From: Phoronis australis
Lineage: Eukaryota > Animalia > Phoronida
Assembly (NCBI GenBank): GCA_002633005.1
Contig: NMRA01000219.1
Coordinates: 243,236-307,235 of the forward strand
Direction: 5' to 3'
DNA length: 64,000 nucleotides
The first letter of the stretch is position 1. Each line of letters begins with the position of its first letter. The notes beneath the pieces are model-generated. The model ran no database searches, had not been told where the DNA came from, and was given only the letters and a program-made list of their open reading frames with translations. Below, in pieces: positions 12,985-24,500 of the stretch. A program made the position numbers and the translations under genes.

Positions 12985-13462
12985 CAGTGGCGGATCTAGG
13001 ATATCACAAGGGGGGGCCAAACATTTTGTCCGGCTGTAAGCATTTAAGCAAACTGAACCACGATTGTAGATGCGCCAACACGATTGAACAACTAATCTCC
13101 TACTAAGAGACCTACTTGTTTATGGTTCACAGCGTTTGCGCGCGAAACCTACTTCTTTTTGTAATGCTTATTACACGTTTTATATTTTGTGCCATCGATT
13201 CTTAACAAATTTGTCGTATTTAAAATAGTCTTCAAATGCCAAAAAGACCAAATCCGTTTTTCGTGTTGGCAATAATGACAACGGGATTGCTTTGGAAATC
13301 GTCTTAAGATAAGGTTTGGCAAAGAGAGTATTGCGAGTTTCTGAGTGATTCACTAAGGCTTCGATTAAAATTCACATCTTACCAGCAGCTTCTGTTTTTT
13401 CACCGTCACTCAAGTTCCATTTTCTTTAAAAAATGAAGTAAATTTTCTTCATTGCACAGTGG
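12985..13462 (-). mobile_element. DNA-transposon end fragment (CAGTGGCGGATCTAG terminus); inverted second copy at 51104-51766
   Basis: ~470 bp alignable in reverse complement to 51104-51460 and 51684-51766. Confidence 0.7.
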
Positions 13463-13744
13463 AGCATGCCTCCCCTAAAATTCTCCCTACCATTTGGCAG
13501 TTCGGGGTGCGAATTGCTCGCTAGCATTAGCGCGCACCCGCCAGGGCCGCTCGGGGGGCGAATGCACAACGCATATGTCTTGAACAAGCCCCGTTTACTT
13601 TTTTTTAGTAATTAGGTCCGGAATCCCAAAAATTCGAGACCTTGTACCCTACATTTTAGGCTGGGCGTGCGCGTGTAGCGAAATTCTGGTTATTCCTGTG
13701 CCCTGCCCCCCAACTCTAAATCCTGGATACACTCCTGAGACCCC

Positions 13745-14720
13745 TTACACCGTAGTATCTGATCTCCCCCAAGAGTCTTGGGTAAGATACCTTATCAAAA
13801 GATCAGTCCAGCATGACCACGGCGTCGGTTCGAGTGCCTGCCTCCATATAGTTTGGAGTAGATCATCTACGAATGCGACAAGTTGTGTTTCGCATGATCT
13901 ACGGCTACGAAAACCATGCTGCCAGGTGCAAAGTATATTATTTGTGTCAAGATGAGGCATAATGTTACTGACAACTATGTGCTCCATAAGTTTGGAGCAT
14001 ATGCATGCAGGTGATATTGGGCAGTGGTAATTTGAAGCCAAGGTTTCATCGTCTTTTTTGAAGATGGGTGCTACATTTGCAGTTCGCCATTCTGACGGAA
14101 CTGTAGATAGTTGATAGGATTTGGCAAAGGTTTCCTGAAGGAAAGGTGCAATTTCTTGTGCGGCTGCTTTTAAGAATGTGAGGATGTGAGGGTTGAGGTT
14201 GCGCAACATTTTGAATACACCATCAGAGAAGAGAGTTATATCATGCATGGAGTTTAGGGGCTTGTGTCCTTGTTGGGCGTATTTGTACCATTGTCTTCTG
14301 TGCAGAACGAGGAAAAGTGTGTGCTTATTATTTCTGATTTTTTTGGGTCAGTGTGTATACGATGCCATCTTTTTTAAATATTTGGTGATTATTTGCCGAG
14401 ACTTTTAATAAAAGAGTAAAATACTTTTGGATTATTACTTGGGAAGGTGTATTTATATTGTTAAATTCCAGTACGCTTTGAGGAGTTTTTTCTGTCTGTT
14501 TCATTTCCAGTTGTTTTGAGGGGCAAAAGAGTCTGTCTCTTTTTGTTAAAAGTTTTTTTTCATTTTAGAATTTATCCAGGGAATCCCATTGGTTGTAGTT
14601 TTGTGGGGGATGAAATGTTCAATGGCATCATGAACATGTGTGGCCATGGACGGTCCATATGTCGTTTACGAAGAGGAACTATACTATATTGATCCACTGA
14701 GGAATGCATCTTTGAATGTA
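13745..14720 (-). mobile_element. Degenerate non-LTR retrotransposon (CR1/L2-group) reverse transcriptase fragment
   Basis: VPSEWRTANVAPIFKK...NY.PIS...ICSKLMEHIV...QHGFRSRRSCETQL is the classical pre-RT/RT region; it is frameshifted. The upstream boundary is approximate. Confidence 0.85.
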
Positions 14721-14913
14721 GCTATGTTATGCTATGTATGTTTAATATGATTGCTTCATTGAATTTTCTATTCCAAGTTCACGCGTATACGATCCTGAGA
14801 TTAAGCAGTATTCCAAGTCCACGCACAGCAGTTTTTCCCAATGAGATAAATTTAGTATGTAGATCATCGGTTCTTCAGGCTAACAGGAGACTTGAACAGG
14901 CGCTGTTACACCT

Positions 14914-14999
14914 CTCGCTGGTTCCCTGCGTGCTGAGCCCAGCCAGCACGTGCTGGCGCGGCTACCGCCCCACCTAGCGGCACGCAGGGAACCAGCGAG
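14914..14999. mobile_element. Tiny MITE of the same family, 20-bp perfect TIR, 10-bp TSD (TGTTACACCT)
   Basis: CTCGCTGGTTCCCTGCGTGC ... GCACGCAGGGAACCAGCGAG, flanked by TGTTACACCT on both sides. Confidence 0.85.
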
Positions 15000-15350
15000 T
15001 GTTACACCTCTGCCACAGCGCCATCTATAAGGAGGTTACACTGTCTTCCCGCGTTTTTTCTTCGGCTGAACACGCGACCATAATAGATTAGACAACTCTC
15101 CTCGAGTCTACGGTCTCTGTAACTAGTCTATGAACCGACTAAGACATCTGATTGGTCTATAAGCCTGAAGCTGTCATCAAATCAGATGGGTTAACCCGGC
15201 GCATCCAAATGGAACGCGACCAAGGAGTGTTGTGAGACAGCTGGTTTTGGCGAGTAGGCCTACGTGTGTACTCAGAACACAGATTTTCACGCACATCAAA
15301 GCGGAACCTTACCTCGTATGATTCTGGGCAGTTAAGTTCATTTGGAAGGA

Positions 15351-15522
15351 ATGGCTGCGAAACGAAAGATTACCAATGAAAACAACTACGACGAAACTGC
15401 AAACCGTGTCAAAAGACAGAACTTTGAACGTGGGCCTGTGACAAGCTGGGACACATCGTCACTGTGCTCTTATTTAGAAGAAGAACATGACTTAGAACCT
15501 AGTGTTCTTGCGACTTTTTCAG
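15351..15522 (+). CDS. SAMHD1: SAMHD1 coding exon 1 (NLS-like KRK/KRQ, start of SAM domain)
   Basis: [57 protein letters not shown]; donor AG|GTCAGA, phase 1, joins exon 2 in frame. Confidence 0.85.
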
Positions 15523-18500
15523 GTCAGACATAACTTCATCTTGTTCAACAAGTCGTTGCCTGGCGATGCTCGGTCACGGCATTGCCATTAGGCCTAGTGG
15601 TCAATCCTCGAGTCTCAGTGGATTAAACAACAAGACAAAACAACAGTTGGTTAAGCCACCACAGTGTTTATGTTAACACTAACACTAACTGTTGTATAGT
15701 ATAAATACAGATCGTTGTTTGTCTTCTCTAGACAGTTTTCACGTCGATTATAATTGCCCATTGCATATCTAATTGTCTTGTTTTGTATATCTCTGCGATT
15801 AGTAATCTATGGGTAGAAGTCCATAAAAAATGATCTCCAGCAAACCTGGTATAACCATGAAGGGAGAAAGCACATATTATATTTAGCAGTTCTGTCCAGA
15901 TGCAGTTATGACAGGAAAGTTGGTAGAGTTTGCAGAACACAATAAGTTAAAGATCCAGGTCATAGTCAGCGGGCTCAGTTGAAGCCGTTTATGTAGAGGT
16001 TCAAATCGACGCAGGCCTATCCATTTTTGACACCTTTTCACATAATTCTATAATTCTATTTTAATTTTGTGGTATTTCTGCAAAATACTTACTCAGTGTG
16101 ATAAAATATATTCGTGGACATTTGCATTGTATCGCCTAAGAGAAACAATCAAGGGATTTTACAAGCAATTAGAAAACGACTCACTTATAATTGTTTCCTG
16201 GAAATGAGCCACTGTGATTCCCTGATATGTAGTTATTAATGAAACTAAGAATTTTTTAAGAATATTCGTGTACACTTCTACTTCAAATCTGCAGCAATCT
16301 GCTTCCTTTGGCATCGGGCTACTTTAAGGTGCTACCACCCATGTTCAAAAAAGGAAAAATTTGTGCATGTGTGGTTGGCCTAATCGAGATGTGGTGCATG
16401 CAGCGAAGGCTGGTTGTGTCCGAGACTTGAATAGAACACAATGTTGCAGTTAAGACCCTAAAATATTTGTTTATTTAACGAATGTCGTCCATGGGCGGCG
16501 CAGCACTGAAAAAAGTCAGGGCTATAGCCCCCCTGTGGTGCACTGCCCATAGACCATCCATGGGCAGAGCAGCATTGAAAAAATTGGGGGGTGCGCTGCC
16601 CATGTTATCAGGATGTTGACTGTGGGTACACTGTCGAGACTTGGGTACACTTTTGCTACTTTCCATGCTAAAATAGGAAGTGACATAAGGTTCTCCAAAT
16701 CAGAGACCATGACCATTGCTGTAACATAATAGCCCAGCAAAAACTTGGTTTTGCAGCTTTTTTCTCACCAGACCATATGATACAGAGCAAACACAATGTT
16801 TGAATGGCTCAACACAGTCTGTGTTGTAATGTCATGTGTACAGAGAAGTGAGGAAGATGTCTTTACTCGAACACTACTTTATTGCGGACTGACTAACTAC
16901 TGTACAACAACATGTTTTTGCAATACACAAGACCACATGCATATGAGTCACATTTCATAGAACTGTTTGGCAAGGCTTATATAATAAACCATTCTAATTG
17001 TGCCATGTAAGGTAAATGTAGTTCCAGTACAAACCGCAATACTATTACATAGGTGTCAGTAATTCTTTTTTTTGAATGGTTGTGAAAGCAGAACCAATAG
17101 CGTTTTTGATTGTACTAGTGGCTGTTTACACTACTTTCTATTGTTGAATGGATGGTAAATACAAGCTCAGTCAATAGTAACTAGTGCAGAGAAACATCTC
17201 TCTAAGATAAGCAGGGATCTGTAATTTTAGTGAGGGTAATATTGCAAACTGTTGCTTTCCCTATTTTAAAAGTCTGTTGGGCCATTTCTAGTTTGGTGTT
17301 GGTGGACACAATTGCATTCATGCTTCACATCTGATGTGGGTACTCATCCCCAATGGTGTTAACAACGCCGTGAAACCCAGGTGACAGAAGGATACACTAA
17401 TGTTACACTGGATGAATCGTTTGTTACCCTGACACTCGGTGTAACACCCAGCATTTGGCAATGGATCACCTGGCATACAGGTGGTTTTCCTGTAGAGCAG
17501 ATTAACCAAATACTTTTTCAATGATAACTTAAAGTATACTTTACAATATGAATGGAAACAGTAATCGAATAAATGGGATATACGGCAAATACATTGGTAG
17601 CAATTATCTTCCTTTCAATTTTTGAAATTTTACCATTTAGGTGTTTCAAAAGTCCCATGTCCATAGTGTGTGCTAAGTCTTGCACTGAATTGGCATGGTA
17701 CCAAAATCCAAAATGCCCCTATTTGGTTATTAATAAGAATTAAACAATTTCACAATATTTGAAAGGCGTTGCATACCTTTTCAAACTCAGTGTAAGCTAG
17801 CCAATTTCGTCATGACAAAATTCAAACTTGATGCAGTGGCACAACAAAACAGGCTGTGGAGAACACGATGAATTGTCCACTTGTTTATTGAAAACTAGTG
17901 GTATTGCATGGCTACTATAATCTTGTAATCCATAACTTTTGAAGAGAGTTGCTGTGGTCCTTCCATCCTGCCAACTTAACTGGATTGTTAACGAAACATC
18001 CAATGTACCTTATTTTTGGAATCTGTTGTAGACAAAGTAAGCCAGCTGATGACTATAAGTTGGTGAGCTTATGCGGCCCAGCCTTGTAGAACTACTGCTC
18101 CCTATTTAACATCCAAATAATTGTCATGCTTTTCGTGAAGTAAACTTTAGGAACATGGCATTTGGCAGACCTGGTCACTATAAAACCGTGGCAAATATTC
18201 AACGGCAGGCAGTAACTCTGGTGCAGGAGTTAGCTTAGTTTATGATTATGATGTGTAAACAGACTAAGTAAACTTGATCTGATGGCTTGCTTGGTCAACA
18301 GGTCTAATATTCGGCGCTCTTGTTGCTCCTGTAATCATTCATTCTTTAATTTATCCTCTTGCAGATGAAGAGATTGATGGGAAAGCTTTTATCAAATTGA
18401 CAGAAGATCGGCTTGAGAAAATAGGCATTGAGTAAGTATAAACAGTCAATATACTTGGTGCTTGATTTTCTGTCTCATTTTTGCTTTGTCTTTGGGAAGA

Positions 18501-21500
18501 TTCTTTGAGTCCAGGAATTTCTTCGTCTTTCTTAAACTTTGCATATTTTTCATCACCAAAGGAAATCACATTTTCGTCATGAAAAGTGGTTTTCTGAGAT
18601 CAGCCTCAGTGCGGAATTGAATCTGCAACCTCTACTCTACTGGTGCATGTAAACCATACTTGACGACTGGCAGAATGTCTTAAGTGCATATAGTAGTACA
18701 GTCAAAAGCTTTGATCTCAGCCAGTGTTCGACAGAGATAAGGAATTAGCCTACAAGTTCCACTTTTAAACTTTTTACATTGACATCCTGATCTTCATTAT
18801 CAGGTTTGGACAAACCTTGTTACCAGTGTTATTCTGAGTGCTCTCAACTTGAGCATTGATCATTAGGTCACTGACTGTCTAGTTACTTGGTAGGGCTAAA
18901 AATTGCAAACCCCTTGCATCATTGTAAAGGCTAATGACACTATTCCACTTGACCCCATTTTATTGACTAAGGTCATTCATCCAAACACCACCCAGTCAAC
19001 TCTTCATATTTCCTCATATTCTGGAATTTGAAACAAGTTGATCCTAAGTATGGCCAGCTGTCTGAATGTTGCATTGTTTCTTATACTGAAAGTTCATGAT
19101 TGTGATTTAACTTAGTGTTTCCCCATGTCCAAATGCCATTCTCACCATTCACAAATTCTTAACATATTGTTGTATGAGTTGGGCAGTCCTTCCTCTGTCC
19201 TGATTTAATCCTGTTTAAAATTATTTGCCATCATTTTTTTCTGGTTGATTGAATTTTCATAAAACTTTGGTTTGACCAAGATGTTGGTCAAATTTGAAAT
19301 TCCGCCAAGCTCTGAATATTACCGTAAACGTTCGGGTTAACGCCCATGTTCACTTAACCGCCCATCCTCTACTTTAGGTGGATTTTCGATTTAACCGCCC
19401 ACTGCTCGGTTAACCGCCCCTCTGCAATTTTCGAAGATTTCCAGTGAAGCGCCCACCTCTCGGTTAAGCGCCCATCCCCGACTTTTGAAGATTGATGATT
19501 ACGCGCCCAGTCCTAAGGCAATGCGCGATTACCCATTTTTGATAAAAATCGATAATAACAAATATTGCGACGACAGCGTCGGAGACGGTGGTTTGGCAAT
19601 GGGAATTATAATGCAAGTAACAAATTATTGTCCTGGGTCATGGATTTGCTTCAAAATGTAATACCTTGAATGCTTTGTCACTTTATTTTCTTCCCATGTT
19701 CTCAAAACTAAGAGCCCCTCCGGCTTCAATACCTACGATTTCAGCGATGCCATCTGCCGTGCTAAGTTTCCATCTACAGTGCTCTAGATAAAACATACAT
19801 TCGAAAAAATAAATCCAGACAAACATGACTTTGTGAATATCGTTTCCACCTACCTTTTGAGCCCTCCAGATTAATTTTGTTTCTTCATGGGCTAGTTTCA
19901 GCGGGAACAAAATCCTTCCCATTCGAGTCGGAAATATCTACGTCGTAGCCTGACTGAAAATTGGCAGCACTGAGGGAGGGGGTGAATCCCTCGGGCCTAG
20001 AGAACATCAAGCCGCGAATTATCAGAACTGAGACTTCACATCGCATTTTCAGGGAACGTTGGTTTTTTTAAAGGAGCAGGACGCCCAAGTTCAGTGTCAA
20101 ATAAACACGCGGTCAGTTTAAACCTACAGTCAAGCTGCTATACTCTTATAGTTATATTGTGTACCGTCGCTGTTCTCTTTTGATGTGCGATTTTGGTGTG
20201 GTGCACGCACGTGAGTTCCCACGCTCTGGAGTGCAAGTTACCTTGACTGCATATATGAGTGACAGGTGACTCATATGCGCGTGCTCAACCCGGGAAAGAA
20301 GGTCTTGAGAATTTGTTTGCCCCTGTCTCTTGCCATAAAAAACGAGACGCATATTGAAACAGGCCGTGATATTACTTGCCCCATTTCCAAGGCGCTATTG
20401 TTTGCGGGGACATTGCGCGCAAACAGCGGGACCGAACAGTGTCGCAGTACGATATAGTAGGTGATATTATAATACAATCTTGCATGTAAAATAAAATGTG
20501 TTTTTCCACCACAAAATTTGGTAAGTTCACCGTTTAACAATGAATAGAAACATCGCTGCTTTCTGACGTTTTATCGCATGTATGTATTCCGTGGTCCGTA
20601 CATTGGAAATTCCAAGTCGCATGTTACGACAAATACAAGATGACCAAAACCTCGGCTTGCAATTTCAAAATTCAGGTCGCCAATGCGACCTACAGCTCGT
20701 TATGCCTAGGGCCGAGTCCCGTTTGCAACAACACCGACTCGGTAAGGATCGACACTTTGCTCGTTGGAACTTGTCACTAATTTAGTCGTATAACAAACCA
20801 CTGGTGCCGGTTACCCGAATAATGGGGGCTTCGTTTTCGAATTATTTTTACCGATGCAGGTACGTGTATGAACTTCTTCTTTCTCAGACTCATCCCATTC
20901 ATAGTGTTAGTATTTTTTAAAATTAAAATCCTAAGTACTTGGTTTTGAGTAATGCCTTTGTGGTAACTTTTGATTGACGACGGGTTTATGTCGGCCTACC
21001 TCCGGCGGGCGGTCGAAATAAAACAGTCGCAGAACCTTATGTTGAAAATAACATAGAATCACGGAGTCTCGAACATAAACATCCCAAACACAAGAAACAC
21101 CTGAATTAGTTTTTCAAACTTTAATTGCAAATAATTTAAAACTGCTCTCTATCTCAGAACTGAGTAGTTGACAGCTACACTGTAACACATGACTGCTGTG
21201 ACCTATGCAGCACGTAAAGCTTGCACGCTGTCACCACGTGGGGATAGTTGCAATCCAAGTGGAGCGCTGCGTAGTCACTGGTCGTCTGCGCGCAACAGGG
21301 TGTACAGCTCTAACAAGACCGCAGGACGGAACGGGGTATTATTCAGCAATTTTGTAAATTTAACTGAAAAGATTAATGTGAGGGCAACAGAACCTTTGTT
21401 GGGATCATCCGCTGTTATGACGTTTTTACCGTCATTTGGCGACGTAGCGATAAAGCTCTGAACTGCTACGCGTTCTAACTGTGTGGGGACTGGGATCATG

Positions 21501-24500
21501 AGGTGAGATAAATTGCCCTCCCGGTTGTCTGTCGTAATAAGTGCCCATGTTCGGTTAACTGTCCACCCGTGATTTCTTGAAATTTCACGTTTAAGCGGCC
21601 ATGTCTGGTTAACCGCCCTCCCCCGATTTTTGGGTTTGCCAATTTAACCACCCAGGGCGTTAACCCGAACGTTTACGGTGAAACTTTTCCGTGGTATGAA
21701 AGACCTTTAGAATTGATTTTTGATATTTTGCCAATTATCATTAAATGGGTCACGTGGCAGTCTTTTTGTTGAAATTATACAAAAAATAAAGCTACATTGA
21801 TGGAAAAATAGCCATATCAATAACATGATCAAATTTTATTTGATATATGTATGAGATAAAATCTCAAAAATGCTATCACAATTTTTTAATATTCATTTCG
21901 TTATGTGCAGCTTTTAATTTTTTTCATGAAAATCGCCTCATGCAAAAAAGCTTCGTTTTGGAATTCGAAGCTCAGTACAAATAGTATAGTGTATCTGAAA
22001 GTTTCTTGTGAACTCAGTGAGCTATTTCTGAGATGTGTTGTTCTGAAGCTAGCCTTATTTTTACATGTTTCAGAAGCCGTACATATCCTTAATGTAGACA
22101 AATAATATTGTGACTTGCTTGATTCAGATCACATTCCAGAGCCATTGAGCTAGGCTGTATATGTGTTATGAATTTACTCACCCTTATCCGTTGCAAATCC
22201 AGGACATTGCGAGAAGGCACTGGTAGGGTCATGAGAAAAGGTTTTGTCATCCCTTGCAGAGATATGCCTTTGTAGTCGCCAAGTCGCCCAAGGCAACTAA
22301 GTTTCAAGCTGGATACCAAGTCTTCAAGAATTCTGTTGCCCAGCTGGCAACCTAGCTTTTTAATTAGTACCGTAATCGTTCGGGTTAATGCCCTGGGCGG
22401 TTAAATTGGCGAATCCAAAAAATTGGGGGAGGGCGGTTAACCGAGCAGTGGGCGGTTAAATCGAAAATCCACCTAAAGTAGGGGATGGGCGGTTAACCGA
22501 GAGGTGGGCGCTTAACTGGAAATCTTCAAAAATCGCAGGGGAGCGCTTAACTGGAAATCTTCAAAAATCGCAGGGGGGCGCTTAACCGAGCAGTGGGCGG
22601 TTAAATCGAAAATCCACTTAAAGTCGGGGATGGGCAGTTAACTGAGCACGGGCGTTAACCCGAACGATTACGGTAAGTTGTTTTCTAAACATTCATGCAA
22701 TCATGTTGACATTTACAAGCGAAGTAACTCGATTGCGCGATCGAGTATTTTCCAGGTAAACACGTTGAATAGCTTTTCGATAGATCCAGTGTATCATGGG
22801 AATACCGCAACTATATTTCAGCAAAGTCGGTATTTTCCTGAAGACAGGAGATTGTTTAGAGACTACGAGCGAGTATGAATTACCTTAAGCTGTCACACAA
22901 AAAGTACAGTCGTGTGTCTTCTACCACAAAGTTTGTGTCAATGAAGTGCTGCTATCGAACTATACTGTTTTGTCAATGTGTTTTTTGTCAATATTAATTA
23001 AGCACATATCTGGAATGACTTATTGATTGCATTTGAATTCTGTTCTTGAAAGGGTGATTGACTTTTGACTGGGATGGTTAGGGCAGACCATGTCTGAAGC
23101 CAAACTCAGAATATATTAGACTTTTTTTGATGTGTTGGCATGTCCAGATTAGTAAGTCAATAATCGACATATAGCGATTATGTGAATATTAAGTAGACTG
23201 AAAGCTGTCATATGTTTTTAAGAATGGGTTTTGTGTCGAAAATGATCGGCTGGAAATCACTCTACAGTGTCCAGTAAGTATCGTGACTTGGTGTTGGTGA
23301 ATAACAAGTTGCATGATAGGGGCTATGTGAGCTCCAAGGTACGTCATTAGTGCAAAGGTCACCCATTTATAGAAGTTTTTGTTTTCTCATTCACAAATTG
23401 TCAATGAATACAACTGCACTTAGTTTAGCGTAGATGATGTTCAAATAGCATTGTCATTTTAGTTCATGCTATACATTAGCATAGTTAGGAGCATGCAATA
23501 CAAGTGCTGTATACATTTTTAAGGTCTATTTCTGCTATGTGAGTGCTTGTGCCACTGAAAAGATACTAGTGCTTTCTACATGTTTAATGTTCATGTTATG
23601 TAAGAAAATTCTGTCTTCACTTGGCCCTTTCATTCTTACTTAACTGCAGTATGAGCGGAGCATCGACGTAAACTACGAAGTTAGTTGAGTTCTTAAAGAG
23701 GCTTGGAATGCAATCAACTGAGTAAATTGTAATATTAAAAATTTATCTCTGCCACTGAAATAGAATTCAACCTGCTCATTTTTAGGGTTTGTTCGTAAAG
23801 ATTTTTAATTTCTGTTCTTATCAAAACATCTTCATTTAGTTTCAAATTTCAAAAAAACGATCTGTCAACTGCTCGCCGCTTCGTCAATTTTTCTCCTACA
23901 AGCAAAGCATTTCTTAATGTGCTATGGCAAGACATAGACTAGCACATAATTGATTTAAAGGAAAATGTAACGTTTGACCTCAAGTAACTTCAAGCAACTG
24001 ATAGAGCGCATGCTCTCATTTATCATATGTGGGAGGGAGATTAGAATTACTCTGCACTAGACGTTACAAGATAGTACTCCTGGTCAGGAATTGTTTAAAA
24101 GATATTTTTGACGAGCTTTCGCATTCCATGCCACTTTAAATTAGGGGCATTGCATGAAAAGGTCCCTAGTAAGGTCGCCTTTCATAGATTTGCTGCTGTT
24201 ATTGTCATAGTTTGGTAAGTGTGCTACTTACTGTTTTTCAGCACCATGGGAAAACGGCTGACTATTGTTGATATTATCAATTTACTTAAGTCTACTACAG
24301 AAGTACCAGAGCAGCCCATGTCGCCAATATCAACGGAGACCAAGGTAGAACTTTTCCGTTAAATCTCACTAATGTCTGACAAGTTTGCCATCATAATTGA
24401 CATGTTATTTTTCAAGGCCGACAATTTTCCAAAACATTGTCTTCTAAAGATGGTTACCGTAGCTGTGATTCAGAAGTTGACCATAGAAAAGCCTAATTTT

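Noticed and set aside
15012-15032. CTCF-like GCGCCATCTA motif upstream of both paralogs (also ~52087-52096)
   Set aside because: Partial match only, and the motif is common in repeats.
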